The notes below the pieces were generated by a model that was not told the DNA's origin, searched no databases, and was given only the letters and a program-made list of their open reading frames with translations. Made by a program: the position numbers and the translations under genes. DNA of 29,863 nt from a virus (Duplodnaviria > Caudoviricetes): positions 1 through 29,863 of the IMG/VR virus record IMGVR_UViG_3300017747_000149; one strand, given 5' to 3'. Position 1 is the stretch's first letter. Each line of letters opens with the position of its first letter. Below, one piece after another: positions 8,784 through 18,700 of the stretch.

Positions 8784-8929
8784 ACGAATATCAAAAGACC
8801 TTTGACTTATGTATAAAGATATTTGTCTATGGGTGTGTAGCTCTGTACTTCTTAGGCTTCCTGAAGTTCTTGCCTGATGATTTGTCTGACAAGATTGTGA
8901 ACTTGTTATTAGGAAAGGTTGGCTTATGA
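8780..8929 (+). CDS. Small membrane protein, 49 aa (not in ORF track)
   Basis: MNEYQKTFDLCIKIFVYGCVALYFLGFLKFLPDDLSDKIVNLLLGKVGL. GTGA overlap upstream, ATGA overlap downstream. Confidence 0.65.
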   Translation: MNEYQKTFDLCIKIFVYGCVALYFLGFLKFLPDDLSDKIVNLLLGKVGL

Positions 8930-9087
8930 AAGTAACACCCTATCAACACAATGCAAACATGATTCGTGAATATCAGAAGGTTATTCATCAACAGCATTTA
9001 AAAGACTTAGAGAAACTTAACCGCCAAACTCAAGAGAAGATTAAAGCTCAGTGGGTTAGGGCAGATTCTGTGGATGTAATGGTATGA
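8926..9087 (+). CDS. Small helical hypothetical protein, 53 aa (not in ORF track)
   Basis: MKVTPYQHNANMIREYQKVIHQQHLKDLEKLNRQTQEKIKAQWVRADSVDVMV. ATGA overlaps at both ends; AGGAAAGG upstream. Confidence 0.65.
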   Translation: MKVTPYQHNANMIREYQKVIHQQHLKDLEKLNRQTQEKIKAQWVRADSVDVMV

Positions 9088-9314
9088 AATATTTATTATT
9101 GTTATTGCTGCTCACTGGTTGTGAAGACAGGTACAGATACTTCTGTCAGAACCCTGACAACTTTCATGCTGAGCCATGTCAGAAACCTAGATGTCAATTC
9201 ACACAGACATGTCCTGAGTATTTAGTTGCACCAATATTGGAGAAACAAATTGAGAGAAGTGCTAATCAAAATGCTGACACCCAACCAGCAACCAAAGCCA
9301 AAGCTAACAACTGA
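9084..9314 (+). CDS. Cys-rich lipoprotein (76 aa)
   Basis: MKYLLLLLLLTG-C lipobox and four further Cys in the mature part. Confidence 0.75.
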   Translation: MKYLLLLLLLTGCEDRYRYFCQNPDNFHAEPCQKPRCQFTQTCPEYLVAPILEKQIERSANQNADTQPATKAKANN

Positions 9315-9804
9315 AGAGTTTGAAGTTAGGGTTTGGGGGTTTGTAGTGGTGGCTATTACAGTCATCCTATTTGGTATTGTGTTTGCCCTACTGTATTCTG
9401 TTACCTTTGTAACACAACCAATTAAGAGTATGGCTCCGATTGACCAAGCCTACACCAAGATGCTTAATGATATAGTATTACTTATTGTAGGTGGTATTGG
9501 TGGCATTGTAGGTAAGAGGGCAGTTAACTCAGCACAGAATGCTTTTAGACCACAGCCTCCAATGCAGGGCTGTGGTGGTGGATATGGAGGTGGTGGTGGC
9601 TATGGTATGCCCAACAGCAGCTACGCCCCTCCACAATCGGCCTATGGCCTTCCTAGCCAGCCCTTTGGTGCTATGCCTGTCTGGAAGAATCCAGAGCTAG
9701 ACGAAAGCTGGACTCCCGGTCCTCCACCAACAACACCTCCTGAACACATGGAGCCTGATGAGGATAGGGAAGAGATAGCAGCAGCTAGAAAAGAGGCTGA
9801 GTGA
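9250..9804 (+). CDS. Two-TM membrane protein with Gly/Pro-rich tail (holin candidate)
   Basis: TM1 VWGFVVVAITVILFGIVFALLYSV, TM2 IVLLIVGGIGGIVG followed by KR. TTG 9250 was chosen for the GGAG 7 nt upstream; alternative starts are 9226 and 9271. Confidence 0.7.
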   Translation: MREVLIKMLTPNQQPKPKLTTEEFEVRVWGFVVVAITVILFGIVFALLYSVTFVTQPIKSMAPIDQAYTKMLNDIVLLIVGGIGGIVGKRAVNSAQNAFRPQPPMQGCGGGYGGGGGYGMPNSSYAPPQSAYGLPSQPFGAMPVWKNPELDESWTPGPPPTTPPEHMEPDEDREEIAAARKEAE

Positions 9805-10274
9805 TGTTACCTATTCCGCTGCCTTGGCTGATCATTAGTGCAATGGTTGCACTGTTTGGAACATATCAAGTTGGTCATCACTATGGCTGGATTGAGCGTG
9901 ATGAAGAGATGCAGATAGAGATAGCTAAGAAGAATGAAGAAGCCCGTGAAGTAGAGAAGAACATGACTTCTAAACTTGCTGATAAAGAAACAGAGTTGAG
10001 AAAGGCAAAGAATGAAATATCTAAAAAGCAGTCTGCTATGCGTGAGCTTGCTAACACTGGCAGGTTGCGCCTCCCCACCACCAGTTGTGTACAAACCAGC
10101 ACAAGTGCCACCCCTGCCACAGGAGATAGCAGAGACGAACCTTCCGAACTTGAGCGACAGACTATTGCAACTCTTATCGACATCGTTGCCGAAGGAGACA
10201 AAGCCATCGTCAAACACGCCCAATGTGTCGCAGCCTACAACGAAATGAGGGAGCTGGTTAATGGTAAACGCTGA
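9801..10274 (+). CDS. Rz: Inner-membrane spanin (Rz-like)
   Basis: N-terminal TM, long coiled coil, LANTGRLRL motif and C-terminal IVAEGDKAI..C..AY; directly upstream of the endolysin. Confidence 0.8.
   Translation: MMLPIPLPWLIISAMVALFGTYQVGHHYGWIERDEEMQIEIAKKNEEAREVEKNMTSKLADKETELRKAKNEISKKQSAMRELANTGRLRLPTTSCVQTSTSATPATGDSRDEPSELERQTIATLIDIVAEGDKAIVKHAQCVAAYNEMRELVNGKR
10012..10248 (+). CDS. Rz1: Outer-membrane lipoprotein spanin (Rz1-like), embedded in Rz in the +1 frame
   Basis: MKYLKSSLLCVSLLTLAG-C lipobox and Pro-rich mature part (SPPPVVYKPAQVPPLP). Fully nested in the Rz-like gene, as in lambda. Confidence 0.8.
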   Translation: MKYLKSSLLCVSLLTLAGCASPPPVVYKPAQVPPLPQEIAETNLPNLSDRLLQLLSTSLPKETKPSSNTPNVSQPTTK

Positions 10275-10875
10275 ACAACTAAGACAACTTAAGATTGATC
10301 CTGCCTTGGTAGATCCTTTTAATGAAACCTTTGAGAGGTTTGGTATTGTTACTCCTGCACAACAGGCTTCATGGATTGGTCAATGTGGGCATGAGTGTGG
10401 GAACTTCCGCATCATGGAAGAGAACCTGAACTATCGTGCTCCTACCTTGCTTAAGCTGTTTCCTCAGAATCCTAAGCGTGTATGGGGCTTCACCCCTGAG
10501 AGTGCTGCTGCCTATGAAAAGCAGCCAGTTCGTATCGCCAATAGGATTTACGGCAATCGTATGGGCAACAGGGATGAGGCTAGTGGGGATGGTTTTCGTT
10601 TTCGTGGATCCGGATTTCTCCAGCTAACTGGCATGAATAATTTCTACCACGCTGGACAAGCCTTGGGAGTTGATTTCATTATGCAGCCTGAGCTGGTGCG
10701 TACACCTATGTATGCTGCCCAGACTGCCGGATGGTTCTGGCAGACTCACAGGCTCAACCAATATGCTGACAGTGGTGACATCCTCACTATGACAAAGCGT
10801 ATCAATGGTGGTACTATCGGACTTGAAGATCGTAAGAAGCATATTGAACATGCCTTACATGTATTAGGTGGTTGA
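10261..10875 (+). CDS. Endolysin, glycoside hydrolase family 19 (chitinase-like)
   Basis: Q.GHE.G.F...EENLNY, YGNRMGN..GDG.RFRG.G..QLTG..N, A.WFW and TKRINGG..GL.DR motifs. Confidence 0.92.
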   Translation: MVNAEQLRQLKIDPALVDPFNETFERFGIVTPAQQASWIGQCGHECGNFRIMEENLNYRAPTLLKLFPQNPKRVWGFTPESAAAYEKQPVRIANRIYGNRMGNRDEASGDGFRFRGSGFLQLTGMNNFYHAGQALGVDFIMQPELVRTPMYAAQTAGWFWQTHRLNQYADSGDILTMTKRINGGTIGLEDRKKHIEHALHVLGG

Positions 10876-10900
10876 CTAAGCCCCTAAATTGTGGTATGAC
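10872..10900 (+). promoter_or_regulatory. Candidate sigma70-type promoter for the internal-virion module
   Basis: TTGACT-N17-TATGAC with an extended -10 TG, in the gap after the endolysin. Confidence 0.4.
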
Positions 10901-10918
10901 AAGGCTTAAAGGTATATA

Positions 10919-11227
10919 ATGTTACCAGCTTCTCTAAGTATTATTGGCAGAGAAGTGCCGATTAGAGTTGTAGATGTATTTCCAGAACAACTGGGAGAGT
11001 ACAGCTATGATGATTATGCAATTAAAGTAAAGTCTGGTCAGCACCCTTTAGCGGAGGCAGATACATTGTTACATGAATGTATACACGCTATAGACGACTG
11101 CTTCCAATTAAAACTGTCGGAGAGACAAGTGTATTGTTTAGCTGTAGGAGTGTTAGCACTACTTAGAGATAACAGAGATATGCTTGCTTATTTGACTGAA
11201 GCAATAGAGAAACCAAGAAACATATGA
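10919..11227 (+). CDS. Small HExxH zincin-like metallopeptidase
   Basis: G.Y......I.V.......EADTLLHECIHAI..L.LSERQV: an HExxH motif with a downstream Glu, as in mini-zincins. Confidence 0.7.
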   Translation: MLPASLSIIGREVPIRVVDVFPEQLGEYSYDDYAIKVKSGQHPLAEADTLLHECIHAIDDCFQLKLSERQVYCLAVGVLALLRDNRDMLAYLTEAIEKPRNI

Positions 11228-13593
11228 AAGATTTTACAGCACAACAAAAGGAAATCGTAGCTAGAAAGCTAGGATACGATGGTCCTATGCAAGGCTTTGA
11301 TGAGTTTATTTCATCTTCTCCTGCACTAGAAGCTAAGTATGCTGCCATCTCTGGTAAGTTTGTTGAGCGTATGGCTAGGGGCGGGGATGTTAAACGTAAA
11401 CACTTTGTTACTGGTGGTGGCGTTACTAATCAGGTAGTTTCTGATTGGTGGAGCAAACCAGAAAATCAGGCTAAGTCTGATGCTGAGATTAGAGCTGTAA
11501 TGGATGAATTTAAAGTGTCTCCTACGCAGTTTGCTACATCTATTGGTGCTAATGCAGCGGATGCTATAGATATTCAGAGAAGATATGATCTTGCTGGACA
11601 AAAAACAGAAGTTGTTAATACTGGTGGTGTTAAACAAGCTGGAAATGTTACTCTTGATTCATCTGGTAAACCTACAGTAGGAGATGCTGCTCAAGTAACA
11701 GCAGCACAGATTACTGCCAATCAAAGTCAAAACGTAGCTACAGCTAACAGAGCAGATGATCTGGCTAACACAGCCAAAGGTGCTGCTGCTATTACAGCAG
11801 CCACTGCTGCTACTCCTGCTGCTGCCAAAGCCTCTACATACACTGCACAGCAAACTGCTGGTGATGTAACCGAGTTATTAAAAGGCGTTGCTCCGGCAGT
11901 TGGTACTGTTGGTACATCTAGTCAAGTGGCTGCACAAACAGTAGACCCAACAAAGACAAATCTGGCTGGCTTAATTGCCGCAACTCTTGATAAAGCTCAG
12001 ACTGTTGCGGGTGCTCCAACTAGAGCACTACAAGAAGGTGAACAAGTATCTGCTGCTGTTGATGCTGCCAGAGCTGAAACAACTGCTAAGGCTACAGAAG
12101 CTGCTGCTGCTGCGGGAACAGTGACAGAAGACATGACTGTTCAAGGACAGCTTGCTAAACTCACTGCCAACTTTGATGCAAAGAACCCACCCCCGTGGGC
12201 TGCCGCTGCTCTTAGAGAGGCCACTGCTGTAATGGCAGCTAGGGGTATTGGTGCTTCTAGTCTAGCAGGTCAGGCTTTAGTTCAAGCTACGTTTGAAAAG
12301 GCTTTGCCTATTGCCAGTGCTGATGCTGCCATTTTCCAACAGATGGCTTTACAGAATCTTTCTAACAAACAACAAACTGCTGTGCTTGCTGCACAACAAC
12401 GTGCTACTTTCTTGGGTCAAGAGTTTGATCAAACATTCCAAGCAAGAGTTACTAACGCTGCTAAGATTTCTGACATTGCTAACCTCAACTTTACAGCCAC
12501 TCAACAGATTGCTCTAGAGAATTCTAAGATGGCACAGACAGTTGATCTTGCCAACCTTAGTAATCAACAAGCCACCATCATGGCTTATGCTGCACAAGTA
12601 GCAAATCTTGAGGTGACAAACCTTAATAATAAACAACAAGCTGCTGTTGTTAATGCTCAAGCCTTCTTACAGATGGATTTGTCTAACTTAAGTAATCAGC
12701 AACAAACAGTGTTATTCAAGACACAACAGATGACAAATTCATTGTTATCTGATGCTGCTTCTATGAATGCTTCTCTTCAGTTTAATGCTGCAAGTACCAC
12801 ACAAGTAGATCAGTTTAATAATACATTGTCTACACAGGTAACACAGTTTAATGCTACTCAGAAGAATGCTATTTCTCAGTTTAACACTGACCAAGAAAAT
12901 GCAATGTCTAAGTTTAATGCTGAGGTGCAGAACCAACGTGACACATTCAATGCTACACAACGATTGGTTATTGACCAGTCTAATGCTCAATGGCAGAGAG
13001 AAATTGCTACAGTTAACACAGCAGCTAACAATGCAGCTAACACATTGAATGCACAACTGTCGCAGAACATGACACTAGCTGAGTATAACAATGAGACACA
13101 GCTTTATAGAGACAGTGTTTCATTTGCTTGGCAAGCTGGACAGAATGATTTAGATAGAGCTAACAAGTTAGCAGTGTCTGAAATAACTGCTTCTGCGGGA
13201 GTAAAAACAGCAAATGCTTCAGCAAAGAATGATTTATTAAAAACAGGTGCTAAAGCAGCAGCTATGTTCCTTTTATCTGATGAGCGTATGAAAAATGTAC
13301 ATGGTCCAATTACCAATGCTCTAGATAAGATTAAAGAGATTGGTGGATATTCTTACAACTACAAAGTAGAGACTGAGCCTTTTGGTTATAGCAGTACAAT
13401 CACGACAATGGGTGTGTTGGCTGGACAAGTTAAGAAGGTGTTGCCTGATGCTGTTAAGCCAGCTCCTTTTAATGTTGGCTTTGATGTGGTGGACTATGCA
13501 GCAGTTAATGGATTGTTAGTGGCTGCAGTTAATGAACTCATCACTAAGGTTGATTTGCTTTCTACACGATTGAGTGATCTGGAGAAAAAATAA
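11224..13593 (+). CDS. Putative internal virion/ejection protein with C-terminal peptidase S74 (intramolecular chaperone) domain
   Basis: Long Ala/Gln/Asn-rich helical body with NLSN.QQ and QFNA repeats. From 13276 it reads SDERMK..ALDKI..GYSYNY..GVLA..V..VLPDAV..VDY..L...AVNEL plus a coiled coil, the S74 signature. Confidence 0.75.
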   Translation: MKDFTAQQKEIVARKLGYDGPMQGFDEFISSSPALEAKYAAISGKFVERMARGGDVKRKHFVTGGGVTNQVVSDWWSKPENQAKSDAEIRAVMDEFKVSPTQFATSIGANAADAIDIQRRYDLAGQKTEVVNTGGVKQAGNVTLDSSGKPTVGDAAQVTAAQITANQSQNVATANRADDLANTAKGAAAITAATAATPAAAKASTYTAQQTAGDVTELLKGVAPAVGTVGTSSQVAAQTVDPTKTNLAGLIAATLDKAQTVAGAPTRALQEGEQVSAAVDAARAETTAKATEAAAAAGTVTEDMTVQGQLAKLTANFDAKNPPPWAAAALREATAVMAARGIGASSLAGQALVQATFEKALPIASADAAIFQQMALQNLSNKQQTAVLAAQQRATFLGQEFDQTFQARVTNAAKISDIANLNFTATQQIALENSKMAQTVDLANLSNQQATIMAYAAQVANLEVTNLNNKQQAAVVNAQAFLQMDLSNLSNQQQTVLFKTQQMTNSLLSDAASMNASLQFNAASTTQVDQFNNTLSTQVTQFNATQKNAISQFNTDQENAMSKFNAEVQNQRDTFNATQRLVIDQSNAQWQREIATVNTAANNAANTLNAQLSQNMTLAEYNNETQLYRDSVSFAWQAGQNDLDRANKLAVSEITASAGVKTANASAKNDLLKTGAKAAAMFLLSDERMKNVHGPITNALDKIKEIGGYSYNYKVETEPFGYSSTITTMGVLAGQVKKVLPDAVKPAPFNVGFDVVDYAAVNGLLVAAVNELITKVDLLSTRLSDLEKK

Positions 13594-13595
13594 TT

Positions 13596-13811
13596 ATGAA
13601 GAATTTTAAAAAGTATTACAGCAAGATCAATAACATTGTTGATAAGACTATGTCAACACCTAAAATTGACCCAGTGTCAAAAGGTATTGTGCAACGTCCA
13701 GCGAAGAAAGAAGAAGCACCAGTAGGAAAGATGACTGCTGAACAACAAGTGGCTAGATATGTTGAAATTATTCGCAAGCAAAAGAAGGAACTTCTAAATG
13801 ATAAAGCCTGA
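13596..13811 (+). CDS. Small basic hypothetical protein (71 aa)
   Basis: ORF fills the operon gap, Lys-rich, overlaps the next gene. Confidence 0.65.
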   Translation: MKNFKKYYSKINNIVDKTMSTPKIDPVSKGIVQRPAKKEEAPVGKMTAEQQVARYVEIIRKQKKELLNDKA

Positions 13812-14277
13812 AGATTTTTTAGAAGCTCCTATTCCCGGAATGTCTTTAACAACAGAGCCGGGTAGTGTTCCTTGGGAACAACCACCACAACTTGTAACGC
13901 TTCAAGAAGTAGCTGATTACTATATTAACAAACTTACAGAAGATCAAGAAGCTATTGATAAAACCCTTGATGCTATTGAGCTTGGTGTCCCACTTCAATC
14001 GTTAGCTAATGGAACCATCTTATTTAATATGATGAAGGGTATTCATACTATTGATGTAGGCTTCTTAGTGATGCCTATCATTGTTGAAATGTTCATCACC
14101 TTAGCAGAACTGAATGATATTAAATATTCTATAACTCCTGAAGATACAATTAAAGGTAAGGTCTTAGATAGAAGTCTTGTAGAAAAGATTGTTAATAGTT
14201 CAGAAGGGAAAACTGAAGAAGCTATTCAGTCTCTTGCTCCTGTAGGTAAGGGTTTAATGTCTAAAGGAAATATGTAA
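13798..14277 (+). CDS. Hypothetical virion-associated protein (159 aa)
   Basis: AAGGA RBS; APIPGMSLT.EP...PWE.PP and GIHTIDV motifs recalled from podophage virion modules. Confidence 0.7.
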   Translation: MIKPEDFLEAPIPGMSLTTEPGSVPWEQPPQLVTLQEVADYYINKLTEDQEAIDKTLDAIELGVPLQSLANGTILFNMMKGIHTIDVGFLVMPIIVEMFITLAELNDIKYSITPEDTIKGKVLDRSLVEKIVNSSEGKTEEAIQSLAPVGKGLMSKGNM

Positions 14278-15725
14278 TGTCTTTTTTAATTCCACTATTA
14301 ACAGGTGCTCTTGAGGGGTTTACTGAAAAGACCAAGCAGGAAGATGAAGTTAATGCTGCCAGTATTCAAGAGAAACTTAAAGCTTCTTATACAACTAGAC
14401 TAGAAAAGAAAAAAGAACTTGATACTGAAAGAACAGCAGCAACTAAGGTTGTTAATTCTCTTAGAGGTATTGAGTTTGCTGATGGTCCTTTGGACAACAG
14501 TCAGCTAATCAACATTGCTACTAAACCTAAACTAGCTGAGAGTATTCTTAAGAAACTGGATGATGATCCAGAATGGTTTAAGAATACAAAGAGAGGTTTT
14601 ATTAAGCAAGTTGAAGGCGTTGATCCTACCATTGATATTAATAAACACTTTGACAGTGTCTATCGCTTACAGAAAGAAGCAGCAGCTAGTGCTGAAGCTT
14701 TCTTTGCTGCACCTGAAGATGCTTCGTTCTTAGAGAAGAGGACAGCAAGAAAGAATTTAATCACTGCTAAACAAACAGCAGCTAAACTTGGTGTGTCATT
14801 AGAAGACTTACTGGCTACATATAAGCCATCATCTTCCTTTGTTTCTAACATGGGCAGAGTAGATCCTTCTGCTTTAACTAAACCTGAAGACTTTGATAAG
14901 ATGGAGAAAAGACTTAAGGCTGAGTTTGTTAAAGCTCAGCAGTCTGGTGATCCAGAAGCAGTTTCTAAAGCTGATTCCAACATTGGTAAGCTTGTCATCT
15001 TGAATGAGAAGCTAAGACTTGAGAAGAAGTCTGAGGCAGAAATTCAAAGTGATATGGTTACAGACATTCAGAAAGCTAAATCTGAAGGTACTCCGGCTGG
15101 TCAATCTAAGGCTAAGAACTTAGAAGCTTTGTTACAACAACGTAAAGTATTGTTACAAGCTTTGCCTACAGTTACAGCAGAGAAGACATCACAAAGCAAC
15201 TGGATTACCATTGCTAATAGAGCAGTGTCTTCTAGAATGGAAGAGCTTATTCCCGGTAAGTTTATCTCTACTGTTGCCTTGGATGGCACAATCACTATGA
15301 CACCTAAGTCAATTGGTAGTACAGAATTTCAAGCTGCTATGACTAAGGCTAAGAGTGAGGTTGTTAATGACTTCACTAGCAATGGTGCTCCTAAGTCTGA
15401 GTTTCATAAGAATGCTTTGATATCTATCGGTGTAGGCTTTAGAGATGGTAGACCTGTGGTGGGTGGTAATGTATTAACTACCGCAGATGTTGAAGCTCAG
15501 AAGGCCGCTGCTGCTGCGTCTGCAGCACCTGCTCCTGCCCCTGCTCCCACTGCACCTGTAGTGCCAGCATCTACAGCAAGCGGTAGGGCAACACCTTCAC
15601 CTGCTCTACCCCTACCATATACACCACAAGGTCAGCCAGACACTTCTAAATTAATTGCAGGAAAAACATATAGATCTTCAACTGGTGGTACTAGAAAATG
15701 GAACGGCACTAGCTGGGAACAATAA
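14277..15725 (+). CDS. Putative internal virion protein (482 aa)
   Basis: Helical and charged, with a Pro/Ala linker and a small C-terminal Trp-containing domain. Lies between other ejection-like genes. Confidence 0.65.
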   Translation: MSFLIPLLTGALEGFTEKTKQEDEVNAASIQEKLKASYTTRLEKKKELDTERTAATKVVNSLRGIEFADGPLDNSQLINIATKPKLAESILKKLDDDPEWFKNTKRGFIKQVEGVDPTIDINKHFDSVYRLQKEAAASAEAFFAAPEDASFLEKRTARKNLITAKQTAAKLGVSLEDLLATYKPSSSFVSNMGRVDPSALTKPEDFDKMEKRLKAEFVKAQQSGDPEAVSKADSNIGKLVILNEKLRLEKKSEAEIQSDMVTDIQKAKSEGTPAGQSKAKNLEALLQQRKVLLQALPTVTAEKTSQSNWITIANRAVSSRMEELIPGKFISTVALDGTITMTPKSIGSTEFQAAMTKAKSEVVNDFTSNGAPKSEFHKNALISIGVGFRDGRPVVGGNVLTTADVEAQKAAAAASAAPAPAPAPTAPVVPASTASGRATPSPALPLPYTPQGQPDTSKLIAGKTYRSSTGGTRKWNGTSWEQ

Positions 15726-18700
15726 ATGGCTAACGAATTTGATCTTTTTACTTCAGCCCCTACGGGGGCTTCTGTTTCACCTGTACAGGATGAGTTCTCT
15801 TCCTTTGTTGCATCGACAACAGCTCAAGCTCCTGCTCCTATGGCAGAGAAGCCACCAGTAGACCTAACTAAACCTGCTTTTCCTGCTCCTCGACAGAGAG
15901 CTACGAAGTTGGTGGAGAGAGCAGCAACTATTAAAGAAGAAGAAGCAAAAAAGATTCCTTTCGATGATTTGTGGAAAGATAACAATAACTACAAAGTCAT
16001 TCAAGAATATGCTCTTGCTAGATTTGGGCAACAAGAGGGCACTCCTAGAAGAGGAGAAACAAAGCAAGACTTTGTGAATCGTTTTGCTACGCACATGCGT
16101 ATGCTAGATACAGGCAATGAGTTTAATAGTGTTGGTGAGTTGCAATACTTAAACAACGCTAAGAGAGAAGACATTCTTAAAGCAGGTGCTGCTTATGATT
16201 TGTTCAAGAACACTGCTGGTGTGTTTGACGAACAGAACAGAGGACAAAAAGGATTCCGTCCTGTGATGGATGTGTTGTCTAGTATTATCAGTAGTCCATC
16301 CACTGCTCTTACTTTAGGCACAGGTAAGATTGTTAGTAGTGGTTTAACAAAACTGGCAGCAGAGAAAGGCACTAAAGCTGCTCTCACTTCTGCTAAGGGT
16401 TTTGGTATGGCAACAGCTACACCAGCCGTTAGTGCTGCTACAACAGCAGCACAAGATGCTGTAGCACAGAAGATTGAATTGAATGTAGCACAAGCTGAGT
16501 TTGATCAAGCAAAGAAGATTGATCCAATGACACTCACTGAAGAAGGACAGAAACAACTTCAAGCTTACATTGATGATAGACAAAAGAAACTAGAAGAAGG
16601 TGTTAGTGGTAAGCGTGTAGCTTTAGCTGGTGCTATTGGTGCTGTAACAGAGACAGCAGAAGTGTTACCTTTCCTTCGTGGTGCAGGAAAGAAGGCAGGG
16701 GTTAGCCAACTGGATGAAATCCTTAAGACTAGAAGAGTACCAGCTACAGGAGAAACACCAACTCCTAAGGTGGAGGTTAAGGCTAAAGATCCAACAGAGA
16801 AAGCATTAGAAGATTCCTACGATATCTTTGAAGGCCGTAGGCTTCTTGATGAGCAAGGAAAACCAACATCTGTAGCACAGATGGAAGTTAGGAACGATCT
16901 CAATAAGAAAGCAACACTAATTGCGCAAGACATTTGGAAACAGATTCCTGAGTTTGCACCACAGGCCACAGAGAAAGTGTCTGATGCTATCAAGCGTACA
17001 CTTGAATCAGTAGATACCTTTGATGATGTTGTGTTTGAAAGAGCATTGGCATCTGCTGATGTAACACCAGATGAGTTTGCTAAGATGTTTAGAACATCTG
17101 TTGGTGATGCTGCTCGTTCATTGCAGAGCTTGTCTGTTGTTGCTCGTCTACAAAACAAACTAAAGAACATTGATCCTGCTGCTGCTGCAGAATTGAACAA
17201 GATGTATGGTGATAGAAGTGCTATCACTTCAGCCTTCACTGGAGTCAAAGACTTTGGTATGCGTCTTGATAGAGAGTTGAAATCCTTGATGGTGTCTCAG
17301 ATTTCTACCACCATTCGCAATGCTTTCTCTGGTGTTTCTGTTGTTACATTTGGAACAGCAGCAGAGGCTATTGAATCTACTTTATATCGAATAGGTAAGA
17401 CAGCAGGTGAACTTGCTACAGGTAAGCCTGTCACTGGTAGTTTCACTGGTGGTATCAAAGGTATCTATGATGATTCTATTCGCTCTGCTTTCTACTTAGG
17501 ACAAAGAGAATTATCTGCTGATGTAACAGATGCTTTGCTCAGTGGTACTCCAGCCTTGTATAGAAAGATGGTTAAGACAACATGTGAAGCTGGTCCTAAT
17601 GATTTGTCTAAGGCAGCACAAATTGCTAACACATTTAACGTAGCTCAAGATGCTTTCTTCCGCAAAGCTATGTTCACCTCTTCAGTTGAAAAGCAACTAA
17701 GCCGTGTTGGTATTAACATGTATGATGTAATTGCTCAAGGTAAGCAAGTACCTTTTGATGTGTTACAGAATGCTGTTAATGAAGCACTCACTGGTACATT
17801 CAGTAAGATGCCTACCAAAGGTCCAATGTTCCATGCTGTGAAGTTTATTGAAGAGCTTGGTCCTATTGGTTCTACAGTGATTCCTTTCCCCCGCTTCATG
17901 GCTAACGCTATGGAATGGACATATAAGCACATGCCTACTGGTGTGTTATCTGGTAGCACAGACATTGCTGCTGGCCTAACTAAGATGGCTAAGGGCGAAG
18001 CTGACATGGGAACTAAACAAGTTACTATGGGGCTTGAGAACTTATCTAAAGGTGCTACAGGCACTGCTGCTTTATACGCTGCTTATAAATATAGACAAGA
18101 GAACCAAGACACTGAGTGGTACAACATAAAGAACCCTGATGGTTCCACTGTAGATGCTAGAGTTTTATTCCCTGCTGCTCCTTTCCTTGCCTTAGGTGAT
18201 TACATTGTTAAATTCCAAAATTCTAGAACAGATGAATTTAAGACTAAGGAATTCTTAGAAGCTATGATTGGTTTCAAAGCACCAGCAGGTACATACTCAT
18301 GGCTTGGTGATAAGTTTGCTGAAGCACAATCAAATGCAGCAACAGGTGAAGACACTGCAGATAACAAAGTTAAGACATTCTTTGGTGAGTGGGCAGGTCA
18401 ATATTTAGGTAGAGCACTTATTCCTTTCCAACAATTGAGCGATATCTTTGGTGCAATTGACCGGAATGAAACCCTGCCAAGAGATGCTACTCAAATTCCA
18501 GCAGGTGAAGAAGGATTTACTTCATCATTTAAACAGGAACTGACAAAGCGTACTCCTGTGTTGAAACAAGAACTTCCTGTATATCAACCACCACTTAGAG
18601 AAACAGCAGCATTCAATGACAATGGTCCATTAAAGATGTTGTCTGGTATTGCTGTTAAGGGAGTTCCTTCTGCTCTTGAAGCTGAAGTTACTCGACTCAA

